DNA from: Candidatus Krumholzibacteriia bacterium
Lineage (GTDB): Bacteria > Krumholzibacteriota > Krumholzibacteriia > LZORAL124-64-63
Reading direction: 5' to 3'
DNA length: 54,644 bases
Assembly (NCBI GenBank): GCA_030592845.1
Contig: JAUVII010000005.1
Coordinates: forward strand, 1-54,644
Part shown: piece by piece, positions 46,033-54,644 of the stretch
Numbering within the stretch: the stretch's first letter is position 1
Layout: each line of letters begins with the position of its first letter
Notes under the pieces: generated by a model
Told to the model about the DNA's origin: nothing
What the model saw: the letters and a program-made list of their open reading frames with translations, nothing else
Database searches by the model: none
Translations under genes and position numbers: made by a program

Positions 46033-48770
46033 TTGATGTCGAATTTTTCAATGTCCTCTTCAAACAGGGGACCGGTGGCCGTGAAGACAAAATTTCCGGG
46101 GTCGATGGCCCACCGGGCCAGGGCATTGACCTCTTCGGTTTTAACCATGGATATTTCATGAAGAGGTTTCAGGGGAATATCCCCAAAGGCCGCCAGGTGG
46201 CGGAGAGATCTCAAACCGGATTCATGGTCACTGAAATTACTGATGGCCCACCCTGATAAATCAAGTCGGGCCCGGGCGATTTCATCGTCGTCAAACCCCG
46301 TTTCCATGATGCGGGCGAGTTCATGGCGAGTGCAGGCTAAAACGACGTGTGACTGCCCCGGTCGGCATGTGACGGATATCTCCCACATCTGATATCCGGT
46401 CGATGAGTAAACCTCCGCATCGACGGAATAGGTCAGACCCTCCTGTTCGCGCAAACGGTCGGTAAGGATTTGATTAAGGGCGCTCTCCAGAACAAGTGCG
46501 GTAATTGTCGCCTGCGGGCCTGATCGGGGCTGAACCAGGGGGAAGGAAATATCCAGCATGACATCACCGCGGGTCAGGTCCGGGATTACCTTGCCGTGTA
46601 TACCCTGAACCATGGCCTCGGGCAGCTCAACGGGCTTAGCGGGCCGCCAGGAATCGTATTGGCCGAAGGTCCGGTTCAGAAGGGGTTTTACCTTGGCCAG
46701 GGATTCTCTGCCCGCGACCATCAAAACGAGGTTGCCGGTTTCCTGAAAATAGTCCTTTTGAAGGTTGACCAGATCCTTGTAATTGAGCTTTTTGAACTTT
46801 TCCGGCTCAGGGGCCCACATACCGACCGAGGGGTGATTTGACCCGAATATCTGTTCCCTTCTCCAGGCGCGGGCTTGGAAAATCTTCCGGTTGCGGGTTT
46901 CCCTGAGGTACTCTTCGCCCCACCGGATTACCGAATACCAGCGCATGCTGTTGAACTCACGGCTCGCGACTCTTTTGTCCACGGCTTTGATGATGCGCTC
47001 GACTTTATCCACGGAACCCTGCGCGAAAAATTCCGAATTGTTCCACCCCAGACGAAACTTGAGATCGTAAGGCAATTTTCTGGGGGGCAAGTCCCGATCC
47101 GGGTCACGTTTCTGTTTGGGGTCGTAGTTGACGACCAGGTTGAATATCCGTGTAATGCCCGGCTTTTTTCCGGGACGCATGTCCTTGATCCCCTTGAAAG
47201 AGCGGTAACCGGCCATGGCCCAATGATCCGAATCCGGGATCAGGAGATGGAAGACGGGAATACCGTTTTCCAATTCGTAGCGACTCAACTTGATGAGATC
47301 GGCCTCGCCGTAGGCCTTGAGCACGGGTTCGATTTCCGTCCGGGTCAGGCTGGCCAGATTGGATTCGGCTCCCATGGAGCCGGTCGCCTGTGTGGTTTTT
47401 GCCATGCGAATGGTCGCGGGCCTTTCCGAATCCCGGCCATGGCTTACCCCGACGACGGCCAGGTCGGGGTGGATCCATTGCCCCATAAACCGGTTGAATT
47501 CCTCGGGGCCCGTGTTTTCGAGGATTTTTCTTATTCGGCCTATGGTCATGTATTCATTGCCGTTGACCAGCGCGGAGCCAAGTCCGATGGACATTCCGGG
47601 GTTCCGGCGGGTGCTCACCAATTCATCGACCGCGTCCTGGATTCGTTTCTGGAATACCTCCGGGTCCCCCAATTCAAGGACCATTTCGGAAATGCCCTTC
47701 CATTGATATCCCATACTGCGAAGGCTCTGTTGATCGGGATCGAATTCATAGTAGATACGGCCCCAGTGATCCTCGTTGTTGGTGGAGGGGCGGCTATAGG
47801 AATACCGGGAAGTCAGCATGACGATTGCTTCACCCGGCACGCTCCGGGCATGAAGACGCAAGCCGGATTTTTCCATGATATGGGGCAGGACCCAGACCAG
47901 GGCGGCGTCATAATCCTCCTTCAGGGAAACACGGAAAGCGAGACAAAGCTGGAGGCCGGTATGTTCCTGAGAGTCAGTAATGATTTGGGCCGCGGCAACG
48001 GGAGGATAGAGAGGGGTCTCCTGGAATACGGTAACATTTGGTGGACCGAATCCGAATATCCTTTCAATATCGGCCAGGGTTTTTTCTGGATCCAGAGGCC
48101 CTTTGACCACGATGGCTGATCGTTCGGGCCGGATGTGGTTCTCCTGGAAAAGCAGGAAATCGCCCACGCTGATTGCCGCGACCGTCTCCGCGGATCCACC
48201 CACGTCACGGCTGAAGGGATGTCCGGAGAAGCAGGCATGAAAAACGGATTCCAGGAATTCCTGGGTGGGGGGCAGACGTTTTCGCATGGCCAATTCTTCG
48301 ATGACCACCCGTTTTTCCCTTTCGAAGCTGAGGGAATCGGTGGTTACTCCCCGGATCCGGTCCGCCTCCAACTCAAGGATCTCAGGCAGGAATACAGGCA
48401 GGCATTCGGTGTCGAATTGCATGAAAGCGGAACCGGTGCGGGCATTGCGGTAGGTCGAATACAGGGTCTGTTTCCGGATCAATCCCCCATCGGGATGGTT
48501 GAGGCTGCTTTCGGTCAGCAGATGTTCGGATAAATGGGCCAGGCCCCTGAGGCTGTCCGGCTCAACAGCACTGCCGGCTGCATAGAAGACCCCGACCCTG
48601 ACCAGCGCCGCGTTCGGCATCGACTTGACGACAACCTGTATTCCGTTGTCCAGGGTCTTGCTCAGTTGGACGGATTCCGTGGGAAGGGAATCGGGCAGGG
48701 ATTCCTGCGGTATGGTTTCCCCAGCATTGAATAAAATTATAATCAGGGCCGTACTAAATATTTTGGACAT
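46029..48770 (-). CDS. M16 family (insulinase-like) zinc peptidase
   Basis: 'TLDNG', inverted zinc motif HLSEH, 'EKRVVIEE', 'LREQEGLTYSV'. Confidence 0.88.
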   Translation of the reverse strand: MSKIFSTALIIILFNAGETIPQESLPDSLPTESVQLSKTLDNGIQVVVKSMPNAALVRVGVFYAAGSAVEPDSLRGLAHLSEHLLTESSLNHPDGGLIRKQTLYSTYRNARTGSAFMQFDTECLPVFLPEILELEADRIRGVTTDSLSFEREKRVVIEELAMRKRLPPTQEFLESVFHACFSGHPFSRDVGGSAETVAAISVGDFLLFQENHIRPERSAIVVKGPLDPEKTLADIERIFGFGPPNVTVFQETPLYPPVAAAQIITDSQEHTGLQLCLAFRVSLKEDYDAALVWVLPHIMEKSGLRLHARSVPGEAIVMLTSRYSYSRPSTNNEDHWGRIYYEFDPDQQSLRSMGYQWKGISEMVLELGDPEVFQKRIQDAVDELVSTRRNPGMSIGLGSALVNGNEYMTIGRIRKILENTGPEEFNRFMGQWIHPDLAVVGVSHGRDSERPATIRMAKTTQATGSMGAESNLASLTRTEIEPVLKAYGEADLIKLSRYELENGIPVFHLLIPDSDHWAMAGYRSFKGIKDMRPGKKPGITRIFNLVVNYDPKQKRDPDRDLPPRKLPYDLKFRLGWNNSEFFAQGSVDKVERIIKAVDKRVASREFNSMRWYSVIRWGEEYLRETRNRKIFQARAWRREQIFGSNHPSVGMWAPEPEKFKKLNYKDLVNLQKDYFQETGNLVLMVAGRESLAKVKPLLNRTFGQYDSWRPAKPVELPEAMVQGIHGKVIPDLTRGDVMLDISFPLVQPRSGPQATITALVLESALNQILTDRLREQEGLTYSVDAEVYSSTGYQMWEISVTCRPGQSHVVLACTRHELARIMETGFDDDEIARARLDLSGWAISNFSDHESGLRSLRHLAAFGDIPLKPLHEISMVKTEEVNALARWAIDPGNFVFTATGPLFEEDIEKFDIN

Positions 48771-48905
48771 GGTTGATCTCCCCCCGGATCACGCCCGCCA
48801 AACCCCTGAAATTCAGTAATTCAATGAAATTCCAGGGGAAACAATCTATTATTTAGATGCAATCAGAGTACCAATCCATCCGGATCATCATACCGGAGGC
48901 TACCA

Positions 48906-49574
48906 ATGAATATCGACATGAATCTTTTTCACCGCTTGTTCCGCGCCCATCCGTGGCATGGGATCTCCATCGGGGATGATGCGCCCGATGTCGTGAACGC
49001 CTACATCGAGATCGTTCCTTCCGATACGGTGAAGTACGAACTCGACAAGCCGACGGGGCATCTGAAGGTCGATCGTCCACAGAAATTTTCCAATGTCTAT
49101 CCAACCTTGTACGGGCTGATTCCCCAGACCTATTGCGGTAGTTCCATCGCCGAGTTCTGTATGCAGCAGACTTCCCGGACCGATATCGTGGGCGACGGCG
49201 ATCCTTTGGATATATGCGTGCTGACCGAAAAGGCGATTACACATGGGGACATCCTGCTACCGGTCACGCCCATCGGCGGACTGCGAATGATCGACAGCGG
49301 GGAAGCCGACGACAAGATCATCGCGGTCATGCGGGGCGATGCCGTCTACGGTCATATGCGCGACCTTCACGAGTGCCCGCCGGCCCAGATCGATCGCCTC
49401 AAACATTACTTTTTGACCTACAAGGACGCGCCGGGGGCCCACCAACGGGAAGCCGAGATTTCGCATGTATACGGGCGCGAGGAAGCGCACGAGGTGATCG
49501 AGCGCAGCCGGAAGGACTACGCGGAGAAGTTTGGTGAGTTGAAGAAGCTGTTCGAGAGTCTGAAGACCAAGTGA
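48906..49574 (+). CDS. ppa: Inorganic pyrophosphatase (family I)
   Basis: 'HPWHG', 'KYELDK', 'YGLIPQTY', 'GDGDPLD', 'GEADDKIIAV'. Confidence 0.95.
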   Translation: MNIDMNLFHRLFRAHPWHGISIGDDAPDVVNAYIEIVPSDTVKYELDKPTGHLKVDRPQKFSNVYPTLYGLIPQTYCGSSIAEFCMQQTSRTDIVGDGDPLDICVLTEKAITHGDILLPVTPIGGLRMIDSGEADDKIIAVMRGDAVYGHMRDLHECPPAQIDRLKHYFLTYKDAPGAHQREAEISHVYGREEAHEVIERSRKDYAEKFGELKKLFESLKTK

Positions 49575-49656
49575 AACAACAACTGTAGAGAAAATAACAT
49601 TCCCTCATGATACAATTCCGGCTCGATTCACGAACCCGAATCATGTTTCCATAATA

Positions 49657-50961
49657 TTGATTCCACGAAAGGTCATCGTGGCGGACCAGGCGCGCGTCAG
49701 AAAATATTTCTTCCTGCACATGCGGCCCAACCGCCTTCCGGCCGCCACGCTCCGCTATACCCACACTTTCGGCCTGGGCGGCATGTCCGCGGTGCTGGTG
49801 ATCCTGTTGATCCTGACCGGCGCCCTGATGATGCTGGCCTACGAACCGACCCCGGACCGAGCGCATGATTCGATCATCGGCCTGCAAACCGAAACCCTGT
49901 TCGGACCCTTGATCCGCGGCCTCCATTTCTGGAGCGCCAACCTGCTGATCGCCGTGGCGCTGCTGCACCTGCTGCGCGTCTTTTTTACCGGAGCGAAGGA
50001 TGGACCGCGAAAGCTCAACTGGGTGATCGGGCTCGTTCTGCTGGCCTGTGTGTTGGCGTCCAACTTCACCGGCTACCTTTTGCCCTGGGATCAGCTTTCA
50101 TACTGGGCGGTGACCATCTGCACGGGGATGCTCGGCTACGTGCCGGGCGTGGGCGGTTGGTTGCAGGAAGCCGCGCGAGGTGGAAGCGTAGTGGGGCCGA
50201 CCACGCTCATCATCTTCTATACACTGCACACCACGGTGGTGCCGGTCGTTCTGGCCGTGCTCATGGGATTCCATTTCTGGCGGGTTCGCAAGGCGCGCGG
50301 AGTGGTAGTGCCGCGGCAAGCTGGTGAGCCCGCGCCAGCCGATCCGGAATTCGCGCGCGGATGGCCCGATCTCATTCTGAGGGAACTGGTCGTGGGTACG
50401 GTGCTGGTGGCGGTGGTGATGGTGCTGGCGATCTTTTTCGCACCCGACCTGGGAATACCCGCCAACCCCGGCATGAGCCCCAACCCGGCCAAGGCTCCCT
50501 GGTACTTCGTGGGCTTCCAGGAACTGCAGATCCATTTCCATCCCGTGTTTTCGATCCTGGTCATTCCCCTGGTTGCGGTGGCCGGTCTGATCTGGTGGCC
50601 GTACCGGCGTCGGGAAGTCGACCAGACGGGAGTGCTGTTTGGTTCGCCGACCGGTAGAAGGACCGTCGGTATTGCCGCGGTATTGGGGCTGGTCGTTACG
50701 CCGCTTTTGATCGTCGCCGACGAGATGTGGCTGCAGACGACCGCGTGGGCGCCGTCGGTCATCAGCCATGGCTTGTTGCCTTGTCTTGTCCTGGCCGCGG
50801 TGGTGGTTGGGTTCCGTATGGTCCTTCGCAAACAATTGAACGCTACTCGTGAAGACGCCGACCAGGCCGTATTTGTCTTGCTGGGAGTGGCGTTCGCGGT
50901 TCTGACGATAACGGGTGTTTGGTTCCGGGGCGCGGGGATGGCCCTGGTCTGGCCGTGGTAG
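49657..50961 (+). CDS. Cytochrome b (b6-like, fused to subunit IV-like part, extra C-terminal TMs)
   Basis: 'GLHFW...LLHLLRVF', 'NWVIG', 'TGYLLPWDQ', H-x14-H, 'AKAPWYF'. Start uncertain. Confidence 0.9.
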   Translation: MIPRKVIVADQARVRKYFFLHMRPNRLPAATLRYTHTFGLGGMSAVLVILLILTGALMMLAYEPTPDRAHDSIIGLQTETLFGPLIRGLHFWSANLLIAVALLHLLRVFFTGAKDGPRKLNWVIGLVLLACVLASNFTGYLLPWDQLSYWAVTICTGMLGYVPGVGGWLQEAARGGSVVGPTTLIIFYTLHTTVVPVVLAVLMGFHFWRVRKARGVVVPRQAGEPAPADPEFARGWPDLILRELVVGTVLVAVVMVLAIFFAPDLGIPANPGMSPNPAKAPWYFVGFQELQIHFHPVFSILVIPLVAVAGLIWWPYRRREVDQTGVLFGSPTGRRTVGIAAVLGLVVTPLLIVADEMWLQTTAWAPSVISHGLLPCLVLAAVVVGFRMVLRKQLNATREDADQAVFVLLGVAFAVLTITGVWFRGAGMALVWPW

Positions 50962-50977
50962 AAACAGGGAGCAGCGA

Positions 50978-51490
50978 GTGAGCGATATCGATTCAAAAGA
51001 AACCAGGGAACCGGATCTTCCCCGGCGGAACTTCTTCCGCAAGGCCTGGCTGGTGCTGGGCGCCTTGGCCACCCTGCAATTCCTGTGGATCGGTTTCGAT
51101 ATGCTGCGCCCCCGCAAACGGCGGCGGCGGGACACGGCAGCCGGCACGATCTACACCGCCGGTCCCGTGGAACGGTTCGAACCCGGCTCGGTGACCGCGT
51201 TTCCCGCCGGGCCGTTCTATCTGGCGCGGCTGGCCGACGGTGGTTTTCTGGCCTTGAACCGCACCTGTACTCATCTGGGATGTACGGTGCCCTGGGTCGA
51301 AGAGGATCAGCAGTTCGCCTGCCCCTGCCACGCCTCGGTGTTCGATATCACCGGTGAGGTACTGAGTCCACCCGCCGACCGGGCCCTCGACATGTATGCC
51401 GTCAGGATCGAAAACGGGATAGTGAAGGTGGACCTCAGCGGAGTCATCAAGCGGCAGGGATTTGAAACCGCGCAGGTCACCATGCCATGA
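50978..51490 (+). CDS. Rieske [2Fe-2S] protein with Tat signal
   Basis: 'PRRNFF', CTHLGC, CPCHASVF. Confidence 0.93.
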   Translation: MSDIDSKETREPDLPRRNFFRKAWLVLGALATLQFLWIGFDMLRPRKRRRRDTAAGTIYTAGPVERFEPGSVTAFPAGPFYLARLADGGFLALNRTCTHLGCTVPWVEEDQQFACPCHASVFDITGEVLSPPADRALDMYAVRIENGIVKVDLSGVIKRQGFETAQVTMP

Positions 51491-53565
51491 GCAGGGATCT
51501 TCAAAGATGGCAGATCATTGGCTTAAGCGCCTTGGCGGCGATCGTACTGCTGATCCCTCTGTATGTTCTGCGCGCCGGTCGTGAAGTGGCCCCCCCGTTG
51601 ACCAAGGCGTCCCCGACCTATGTCGGCCGCAACGAATGCCGCACCTGCCACGAAACCGAATTCCAGTCCTGGCTGAACAGCGACCACGACAAGGCCATGG
51701 ACGTGGCTGCCGACAGCACAGTCCTGGGCGACTTCGATGACGCGGTTTTTTCGAGCAAGGGCGTAACTTCACGTTTCTTCCGGCGCGATGGGAAATTCTT
51801 TGTCCACACCGCGGGCCCCGGTGGGAAAATGGGCGACTTCGAGATTGCCTACACTTTCGGCCACGAGCCCCTTCAGCAGTACCTGGTCCCGTTTCCCGGG
51901 GGCAGGTTGCAATGCCTGACCATCGCCTGGGATACCGATGACGACCGCTGGTTCGATCTGTATCCCGACGCCGATATTCCCCATGACGACTGGTTGAGTT
52001 GGACCGGCGGCGGCCAAAACTGGAACGGTATGTGCGCCGAGTGTCATTCCACCGATCTGAAAAAGGGTTACGATCCCGAAACCCGGACCTTCAACACCAC
52101 CTGGTTCGAAATCGACGTCAGTTGCGAATCATGCCACGGCCCCGGATCCGGCCATGTGGAGTGGGCGAAAATCCAGCCCATGGCGCGGCCCGAGGTGGAT
52201 GATTACGGATTGGCTGTGCCCACGGGCGACCTGGAAACGGTCGAACTGGTTAATTTGTGCGCGCCCTGCCACGCGCGGCGCGTCATCCTGGGTGACTACG
52301 ACCACGCCGATCCCCACCTGCTGGAAAACATGGTCCCCACGACCCTTGACCAGGGTTTGTACCACGCCGATGGGCAGATTCTCGACGAGGTCTACGTCTA
52401 CGGATCCTTTGTGCAAAGCAAGATGTTCGCGAACGACGTGAGTTGCCGTGACTGCCACGACTCGCACAGCCTGAAACTCAAGTTCGAGGGCAACGATCTG
52501 TGTCTGCAGTGCCATCTGGGGGAGACCTACGACAATTACGACCATCACTTCCACAAGAAGATCCACGAAGGCCAGCCCAGCGACGGCGCCCTGTGCGTCA
52601 AATGCCACATGCCCGAACAGGCTTACATGGTGATCGATGAACGGGCCGACCACAGCATCAGGGTTCCCCGTCCCGATCTCAGTTTGAAGACCGGCAGTCC
52701 CAACGCCTGCAACACGACGGATTGCCATGGCGACAAAACGGTCGCCTGGTCGGTGGAGCATTATGAAAAGTGGTACGGCCTGGCCAGGAAGCCCCACTAC
52801 GGCACCACCCTGGCTGAGGGTCGCGTGGGCACGCCGGAAGCCCGGGACGACCTGATCCGGTTGGCGGGCGACATGCTCTATCCGGCCATGGTCCGGGCCA
52901 CGGCGCTGTCGCTTCTGCCCAACTATCCTTCGCCCGAAAGTACGCGTGCGTTTGCCCGGGCCCTGGCCGACGAGGACCCTCTGGTTCGATACACCGCGGT
53001 GAACAACGCATCGGCAGCCACGGGTCAGGAATTCGTGGATCTTCTCGCGCCTCTTCTCTTCGACCCGGTCCGGTCGGTTCGGATCATGGTTGCCTCACGT
53101 CTGGCGGATGCCCCGGCTGAAATGCTCAAACCCTACCAACTGGAAGCCCTGGCCACGAGCCTCGCGGAATACGAGGTGGCGATGGCTTACTCCCTCGACT
53201 TCTCGTTCGCGGGGTTCAATCTGGGCAACCTGTACGCGCGGATGGGTGAAGCGCAAAAGGCCGAGATGTATTACCGCACGGCCATCGACATCGACGGACT
53301 CTTCATTCCCGCCCGGGCCAACCTGGCGGTCGTGCTGAATTCCCTCGGCCGTAACGAAGAAGCCGAAACCCAGCTGAAGGCGGCCCTCGAGGCGGAACCC
53401 GAGGCGTACGATCTGGCCTATTCCCTGGGGTTGCTGCTGGGGGAGATGGGAAAATACGAAGAGGCCGAAAAATACCTGGCCATCGCGGTGGAGGGTATGC
53501 CGGACCACGAGCGCGCGGCCTATAACCTGCAGCAGATCAGAGACTATCTTCGGAACAGGAAATGA
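51487..53565 (+). CDS. Membrane-anchored multiheme cytochrome c with C-terminal HEAT and TPR repeats
   Basis: 7 CxxCH plus 1 CX4CH (CNTTDCH); 'LADEDPLVR' HEAT; 'FNLGNLY', 'YSLGLL' TPR. Confidence 0.9.
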   Translation: MSRDLQRWQIIGLSALAAIVLLIPLYVLRAGREVAPPLTKASPTYVGRNECRTCHETEFQSWLNSDHDKAMDVAADSTVLGDFDDAVFSSKGVTSRFFRRDGKFFVHTAGPGGKMGDFEIAYTFGHEPLQQYLVPFPGGRLQCLTIAWDTDDDRWFDLYPDADIPHDDWLSWTGGGQNWNGMCAECHSTDLKKGYDPETRTFNTTWFEIDVSCESCHGPGSGHVEWAKIQPMARPEVDDYGLAVPTGDLETVELVNLCAPCHARRVILGDYDHADPHLLENMVPTTLDQGLYHADGQILDEVYVYGSFVQSKMFANDVSCRDCHDSHSLKLKFEGNDLCLQCHLGETYDNYDHHFHKKIHEGQPSDGALCVKCHMPEQAYMVIDERADHSIRVPRPDLSLKTGSPNACNTTDCHGDKTVAWSVEHYEKWYGLARKPHYGTTLAEGRVGTPEARDDLIRLAGDMLYPAMVRATALSLLPNYPSPESTRAFARALADEDPLVRYTAVNNASAATGQEFVDLLAPLLFDPVRSVRIMVASRLADAPAEMLKPYQLEALATSLAEYEVAMAYSLDFSFAGFNLGNLYARMGEAQKAEMYYRTAIDIDGLFIPARANLAVVLNSLGRNEEAETQLKAALEAEPEAYDLAYSLGLLLGEMGKYEEAEKYLAIAVEGMPDHERAAYNLQQIRDYLRNRK

Positions 53566-53592
53566 GCGTTCCGGTTGGCGGCGATGGGGGGC

Positions 53593-53913
53593 TCAGCTCC
53601 AGTCCGCGCCGCCGCCAAAGGCCTGAACCTGGTCGTAGAGCCCGGCGATGCGTTTGACCCCGAGGTCGGTCAGTGCCTGTGAGAGGCGCTGGAACTCTTT
53701 GTTGCGCACGCAGGCCAAAAAGCTGTCGGCATCGGTGAAGCGACCGTGGTTTATCAACGTCCGGGATTCTTGCCGATTGCGGTAGAGCATCGACCCCAAA
53801 AAGCCCTCTTGGCCTTCCATGAAATCGCCGACGGCCTTCCACGCGACAATGGCCTCATCCTCTTTTCCTTCAGGCAAAGTGATTACGTTAAAGAAGGTGT
53901 GGTGTTCGCTCAT
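53593..53913 (-). CDS. Antibiotic biosynthesis monooxygenase (ABM) family protein
   Basis: 'FFNVITLPEG', 'FMEGQEGFLGSMLYRN', 'LINHGRF'. Confidence 0.8.
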   Translation of the reverse strand: MSEHHTFFNVITLPEGKEDEAIVAWKAVGDFMEGQEGFLGSMLYRNRQESRTLINHGRFTDADSFLACVRNKEFQRLSQALTDLGVKRIAGLYDQVQAFGGGADWS

Positions 53914-53929
53914 TTTCTTGTCCTCTTCG

Positions 53930-54067
53930 CTAGAATTGATAATTCACCTCAATGCGATGATCGCCATCGGCATAGTCAAGCTTTGTCGTCCAGTTGGCAA
54001 AGTATCGAACATTCATCCTGGGATTTATCTGGTAACTGACAGCGGCCACCAGCCCCATTTTTCGCAT
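53930..54067 (-). pseudogene. Probable 3' remnant of an outer-membrane beta-barrel gene
   Basis: 45-aa frame with alternating beta pattern ending 'RIEVNYQF' (C-terminal Phe); no signal peptide. Confidence 0.4.
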
Positions 54068-54146
54068 TGGTATCCAATACCCCAATGTGCCCGGAACCGC
54101 AGCGCAACGCATCGATCTTGCCGGACACGATTTCAAAGGTTCAGCC

Positions 54147-54644
54147 CTATGCCTGAGGCTCAGCAAATCCCAAACTCGCCGGGACAAAAAGATCTTCGAC
54201 CGTGAGTTCGCGGCTACAAAGTCCCTGTTGATGGGAATATCTGAACAACGCTTCCAGGGTTTTAAGATTGGCATCGATACCGTAGGAGTAGTAGTTGTTC
54301 CCCATCAATGCCCGGGTCTCATCGAATTCCTGACCAAACCAGGGAAGTGAGTCTTTAAGCCAGGCGGCTTTGGCCATGTATTCAAACGCCATCTCTTTGG
54401 ATTTCGAGTAAGCCTTGAACACAGCCTCGATAAGCCAGGGATTTTCCTCCACGAGGCTGTTTTTGACGGCCACTGCGTGCATGATCGGGAAGATGCCTGT
54501 TTTTGAAAAGTAGCTTCGCTCCGTCGATCGATAGTCAGGAAAGAGGCGCCCCACCTTGGGGTGGCCCTCGATATAAGCTCTGGGCTCGCCGGCATGGAAC
54601 ACGGCATCAACCTCACCGGATTCGAGCAAATCGGATTCATCCCG
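54147..54644 (-). CDS. 4,5-dihydroxyphthalate decarboxylase-like / periplasmic-binding-protein-fold protein; 5' end beyond window
   Basis: 'LLESGEVDA', 'RLFPDY', 'TGIFPIMHAVAVK', 'YGIDAN'. Confidence 0.8.
   Translation of the reverse strand, partial: RDESDLLESGEVDAVFHAGEPRAYIEGHPKVGRLFPDYRSTERSYFSKTGIFPIMHAVAVKNSLVEENPWLIEAVFKAYSKSKEMAFEYMAKAAWLKDSLPWFGQEFDETRALMGNNYYSYGIDANLKTLEALFRYSHQQGLCSRELTVEDLFVPASLGFAEPQA

Noticed and set aside
1-54644. tRNA, rRNA, CRISPR arrays, transposases, integrases
   Set aside because: None recognised by eye; tRNAscan-SE and Infernal would be needed to exclude small RNAs.

Overview
High-GC bacterial window of about 45 genes, mostly envelope and anaerobic-respiration functions. 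A C-terminal 'WGSIKSLYR' motif and several propeller/Ig secreted proteins suggest an FCB-group lineage such as Ca. Krumholzibacteriota (inference). From left to right: an edge-truncated secreted fusion of a metal-site-degenerate amidohydrolase and an S9 peptidase; an ABC-2 exporter; an orphan MotA/ExbB-like plus MotB-TM/coiled-coil/ExbD-like motor pair; a DUF6311 membrane protein; an Orange-protein-like (NifX/P-loop-ferredoxin ATPase/CGGC/DUF134/DUF5320) cluster with a palindromic operator; and a 159-bp MITE-like element whose end sequence recurs twice elsewhere. Next come rhlE, a lower-GC array of four decayed attC-like sites without an integrase (CALIN-like, carrying trmO and an EreA/ChaN-like gene), transporters and a hybrid kinase. 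The right part holds a Campylobacterota-style napAGHBFD operon plus a pentaheme cytochrome, an M16 peptidase, ppa, and a cytochrome b-Rieske-multiheme/HEAT/TPR module. All family calls come from motif recognition by eye; no database searches were run.
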